Part shown: in pieces, positions 23,621-26,777 of the stretch
How the letters are laid out: every line of letters starts with the position of its first letter
Numbering within the stretch: the first letter of the stretch is position 1
Source: a virus
Lineage: Duplodnaviria; Heunggongvirae; Uroviricota; Caudoviricetes
DNA length: 26,777 nucleotides
Virus record (IMG/VR): IMGVR_UViG_2778261535_000011
Coordinates: 1-26,777 of that record
Reading direction: 5' to 3' (one strand)
The notes under the pieces: model-generated
Seen by the model: only the letters and a program-made list of their open reading frames with translations
Databases searched by the model: none
What the model was told of the DNA's origin: nothing
Translations under genes and position numbers: made by a program

Positions 23621-24688
23621 ATGAGCAAGGTAGGCGATTATTTCTTTGAATTTCCCGCATCACGAGGAACGCAGGGAAGCACTGTAATACTTATGATGAC
23701 AGTACCAGCAAGAGCACTATCGAGAGTATTGGCAACCGACAATACGGGAAGTACCCTTGAACGTTCTCAACGTGAAATTAATCCAACCAGGGTAAAAAAG
23801 TTTTATCAATATTTAGTCAACGCTTACGAGAAAAAGGAACCATTTATTGTTCCACCATTGGTCGGAAATTGTAACTCAGAAATAGAGTTCCATGAGATTG
23901 GAAATACTAATGTCGGTTTAGCTAGATTTCCTATGGATGCAGAAATAAAATTATTTGATGGACAGCATCGTGCTGCAGGATTAGCTGAGTTCTGCCGTAA
24001 TTATGGTGAAACAATTATGATTCCTCTTATGCTTACGCATAACCTTCCTTTGAAGGCGCGTCAGCAGTTCTTTTCTGACATTAATAATAATGTTTCAAAA
24101 CCATCTGCAGCAATTAATATGGCGTATGACGGACGAAACGATGTTGCCCAAGAAATGGTGTCTTTCCTGTCGCAACATGACACTTTTGCAGAAGTCACTG
24201 ACTTCGAGCACAACGTTGTTCCGTCAAAGTCAAACATGTGGGTGAGTTTCAAAGCATTAAGTGATTCAACATCAAAATTTTGTATTCATAATGGAAAAAA
24301 ACTAGAAATTGGTAACATCGAGTCAGTATGGGAATCATGGTTATGTCTTACACAACTAGAAGCAATTCGCCATGGTACAAAGCAATCAGAATACAAAAGA
24401 GAATATATCCAGTTTCATGCAGTGATGATTAACGCTTTTGGTTATGCTGTTCAGCAAATGATGGTTAATCACTCAATAAAAGAAATAATTTCAATGATTG
24501 AAACATTATGTGCAAATACTGACTTCGCAGAAAGAGAGAATTTTTTCCTAATGGATAATTGGGTTGGGATCTGCACGAAAGCAAGCCAGGAAAAACTATC
24601 AGTTATTGCCAATGTAACAGCACAGAAAGCGGCAGCAAACAGGCTGATACAAGCCTTTACCAAAGGAAGTCTGGGAGCAGAACAATGA
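23621..24688 (+). CDS. DGQHR-domain protein (DndB/DpdB-like, ParB/sulfiredoxin fold), 355-367 aa, AT-rich
   Basis: Seen: pentapeptide DGQHR inside KLFDGQHRAAGLAEF; gene markedly more AT-rich than its neighbours; stop overlaps the start of the methyltransferase gene (ATGA at 24685-24688). Start placed at the MSKVGDYFF Met (AAAGG RBS) rather than the poly-Asn ATG at 23585. Established: DGQHR is the signature of the DndB/DpdB family of DNA-modification-associated proteins. Confidence 0.7.
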   Translation: MSKVGDYFFEFPASRGTQGSTVILMMTVPARALSRVLATDNTGSTLERSQREINPTRVKKFYQYLVNAYEKKEPFIVPPLVGNCNSEIEFHEIGNTNVGLARFPMDAEIKLFDGQHRAAGLAEFCRNYGETIMIPLMLTHNLPLKARQQFFSDINNNVSKPSAAINMAYDGRNDVAQEMVSFLSQHDTFAEVTDFEHNVVPSKSNMWVSFKALSDSTSKFCIHNGKKLEIGNIESVWESWLCLTQLEAIRHGTKQSEYKREYIQFHAVMINAFGYAVQQMMVNHSIKEIISMIETLCANTDFAERENFFLMDNWVGICTKASQEKLSVIANVTAQKAAANRLIQAFTKGSLGAEQ

Positions 24689-25332
24689 AAAAATACACAC
24701 TAATCTATGCAGATCCCCCCTGGGTATACCGGGACAAAGCCGCAGATGGTAATCGCGGTGCCGGTTTTAAATATCCGGTTATGAGTGTGCTGGATATCTG
24801 CCGCCTTCCTGTGTGGGATTTGGCCGATGAAAACTGTCTGTTGGCCATGTGGTGGGTGCCAACACAACCACTCGAAGCACTAAAAGTTATTGAAGCCTGG
24901 GGATTCCGTCTGATGACCATGAAGGGCTTCACGTGGATAAAATGTGGTAGTCGACAACCAGATAAACTGGTTATGGGTATGGGACACATGACTCGCGCCA
25001 ATAGTGAAGATTGCCTGTTTGCAGTAAAGGGAAAACTACCTCCGCGCATTAATGCAGGGATCGTTCAGTCATTTACCGCACCGCGGCTTGAGCATTCAAG
25101 AAAACCAGATGTCGTTCGTGAAAAACTTGTGCAATTGTTAGGCGATGTTTCTCGCATTGAACTGTTCGCCCGCCAGTCGTCTCATGGCTTCGATGTTTGG
25201 GGTAATCAGTGCGAAGACCCGGCAGTGCAACTACACCCTGGATACGCATTGGATATTGCCAGATTAACAAATGCATTCAGCAATGCTCCGCTGTCACCAA
25301 CAGACAACCAGGGGCGGGAGCGTGCAGCATGA
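24685..25332 (+). CDS. MT-A70-family N6-adenine DNA methyltransferase, 215 aa
   Basis: Seen: catalytic motif DPPW inside MKKYTLIYADPPWVYRD; GGAG RBS 7 nt upstream; ATGA overlaps at both ends. The track start at 24559 is rejected as an out-of-context extension inside the upstream gene. Confidence 0.8.
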   Translation: MKKYTLIYADPPWVYRDKAADGNRGAGFKYPVMSVLDICRLPVWDLADENCLLAMWWVPTQPLEALKVIEAWGFRLMTMKGFTWIKCGSRQPDKLVMGMGHMTRANSEDCLFAVKGKLPPRINAGIVQSFTAPRLEHSRKPDVVREKLVQLLGDVSRIELFARQSSHGFDVWGNQCEDPAVQLHPGYALDIARLTNAFSNAPLSPTDNQGRERAA

Positions 25333-25523
25333 ACAGGGCATCACCAGCAGATTTAAGGAAATGCCTTGAAACTGCAAACATGCTTGCACACAGCGGGATC
25401 AGGTTTGTTCCAGTTCCCGCTGTCACTGATGCTGAATTTGCAACGCTGTCAGCAATATTCGCAGACAAAATTGAATCACTGGCAGCAGAAGCCGAGATGG
25501 AAGAAAATCAGCAGAATAATTAA
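25329..25523 (+). CDS. Small acidic protein, 64 aa, third gene of the DGQHR/methyltransferase operon
   Basis: Seen: ATG overlapping the methyltransferase stop (ATGA at 25329-25332); acidic C-terminus (AAEAEMEENQQNN). Function unknown. Confidence 0.4.
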   Translation: MNRASPADLRKCLETANMLAHSGIRFVPVPAVTDAEFATLSAIFADKIESLAAEAEMEENQQNN

Positions 25524-25526
25524 ACG

Positions 25527-26777
25527 TTATTCCCCCGCCATCCACTTCTCAAACTTCGACGGGGAGAACGGAATCAGATCCGTATGCTCCCCGTTAATCC
25601 AGGAATCAATCATATCGGCCCACTGCTGCAACATGTAGGCGCGCTGTCTGGCGTATTCCGCTTTGTTATATACGGCGCGCACACCTTTCTGCTCATGTGC
25701 CAGAGCCTTTTCAATCCAGTCTGAAGGATAACCAGCCTCATGCAACAACGTACTGGCTGTACGGCGCATATCGTGTACGGTGAAGTCCTGAATATGCTCA
25801 CCATCTTCATTTATTATTTTCACCGTTCTGTCGATCAGAGAGTTCAGCGCGGCATTAGATAATGGCTTCCGGAAATTGTAACGACCAGGAACCAGATATT
25901 CACTTCCACCAGCGCACATCTGCAACCCGACCAATATATCCTGTGCCTGTTTAGGCAGGTAAATAACGTGCGCCCGGCTTCCCTTCATACGGTCTGAAGG
26001 AATTGTCCATGTCCATTTTTTAAAATCTATTTCATCCCACGTTGCATTGGTGAATTCGCCTTTACGAACCATAGTGATAAGCACCAGCTTTAAAGCCATT
26101 TTCATAGTGCCCATAGCGCCAATGGCATCCAACGTGCGGAAGAACAGGCCAATTTCTTCTGGTGTCAGTGTTCGCTCTCGTGGTTTAAATATGGCGATAG
26201 ACGAAGGTTTAATGTCAGCCGCAGGATTAAACAAACCATGACCACGGTCATTGGCGTGACGGTATACGCTGCTGATGATCTCCCGGGCCTGCACTGCTGT
26301 TGCCCGGCCACCGCGTTCGACAATCCGGTCACACAAATCACGAACCATCGATGTGGTAATTTCAGCCATCATTTTGTTGCCAAGAACCGGAAGTATGTCA
26401 CGGTCGATCACCGCCTGCTTCATTGCGCGGGTACTTTCAGCCAGGATGACGTGTTTCATATAACTGTCGGTATGTACCGCAAATGTCTCGGCACCACGAA
26501 TCTTTTTGATACCGTCACGTTTAGCCGCAGCCGGCGACTGGCCTGCTTTAAGCAGCTTCTTTGCAGCAATCAGTTCTTCCCGCGCTTCTGCCAGGCTGAT
26601 ACCGTCACGCCCATACTGCCCGATTACCAGTGTTTCGCGGCGACCGTTGATACGGTAGTCATAGCGAAACGAGACCGTGCCTGACGTAAGCACAGCTACA
26701 TACAGCCCGTCACGATCGGAGACCTTATACAGTTTGTCCTGCGGCTTGAGGTTTTTTAATTTTGTATCGGTAAGCAC
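25527..26777 (-). CDS. int: Tyrosine integrase, P4-type (N-terminal arm-binding domain); 5' end cut by the window edge
   Basis: Seen: N-terminal LTDTKLKNLKPQDKLYKVSDRDGLYVAVLTSGTVSFRYDYRINGR pattern, C-terminal HDMRRT (HxxR) and a downstream Tyr (VYNKAEY). The first codon in the window is GTG at the very edge, so the true start may lie just outside. Convergent with the plus-strand operon (3-nt gap between stops). Confidence 0.9.
   Translation of the reverse strand: MLTDTKLKNLKPQDKLYKVSDRDGLYVAVLTSGTVSFRYDYRINGRRETLVIGQYGRDGISLAEAREELIAAKKLLKAGQSPAAAKRDGIKKIRGAETFAVHTDSYMKHVILAESTRAMKQAVIDRDILPVLGNKMMAEITTSMVRDLCDRIVERGGRATAVQAREIISSVYRHANDRGHGLFNPAADIKPSSIAIFKPRERTLTPEEIGLFFRTLDAIGAMGTMKMALKLVLITMVRKGEFTNATWDEIDFKKWTWTIPSDRMKGSRAHVIYLPKQAQDILVGLQMCAGGSEYLVPGRYNFRKPLSNAALNSLIDRTVKIINEDGEHIQDFTVHDMRRTASTLLHEAGYPSDWIEKALAHEQKGVRAVYNKAEYARQRAYMLQQWADMIDSWINGEHTDLIPFSPSKFEKWMAGE

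Larger units (their letters stand above)
1..26777. mobile_element. Temperate phage / prophage segment (lambdoid early genes + podovirus-like morphogenesis genes); neither attachment site visible
   Basis: Seen: continuous phage gene content (integrase, repressor/Cro-like pair, O/P-like replication genes, terminase, portal, capsid, tail proteins), tight gene packing with ATGA/GTGA overlaps, embedded tRNA. Inference: prophage rather than free phage because a tyrosine integrase sits at the edge; no host flank is visible. Confidence 0.85.

Noticed and set aside
24559-24684. Longer start (ATG 24559) for the methyltransferase in the ORF track
   Set aside because: It would add 42 residues encoded out of frame inside the end of the DGQHR gene; the conserved N-terminus MKKYTLIYADPPW begins at 24685 with a well-spaced GGAG.

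Overview
The whole 26.8-kb window reads as one temperate-phage (prophage) segment of enterobacterial type with a mosaic layout. Positions 1-10784 (minus strand) carry a virion module in podovirus/T7-like order: portal, small protein, scaffold, major capsid, three small proteins, tail-tubular A-like (201 aa), tail-tubular B-like (823 aa), a 154-aa protein, and a large protein of at least 761 aa that runs off the left edge. Upstream of it on the same strand lie terminase small and large subunits (12586-14654), but a 1.8-kb cassette of opposite polarity sits between terminase-large and portal: a tRNA-Arg(UCU), two intrinsic terminators and an AT-rich membrane/coiled-coil moron gene rich in AGA codons. 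Positions 14773-19842 (minus) hold the early-right region: a Cro-like gene, lambda O-like and P-like replication genes with an iteron array inside the O-like gene, and nin-like small genes including an HNH endonuclease and an ASCH-like protein. The immunity region (19843-19996) and a dual-HTH repressor without a peptidase domain (19997-20581) follow. The plus-strand early-left operon (20735-25523) carries a PD-(D/E)XK exonuclease plus Bet-like annealing protein, an AlpA-like regulator, and a translationally coupled trio: DGQHR-domain (DndB/ParB-like) protein, MT-A70 adenine methyltransferase and a small acidic ORF. A P4-type tyrosine integrase (25527-26777, minus) is cut by the right edge. The most notable observations are the DGQHR+MT-A70 module, the tRNA-Arg/AGA-rich moron inserted inside the packaging-morphogenesis operon, and a set of six perfect and four near-perfect TTACC-N5-GGTAA palindromes placed at promoters and gene starts across the element. 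No CRISPR array, rRNA, toxin gene or recognisable lysis cassette was found. All family assignments rest on motif recognition by eye; no database search was run.
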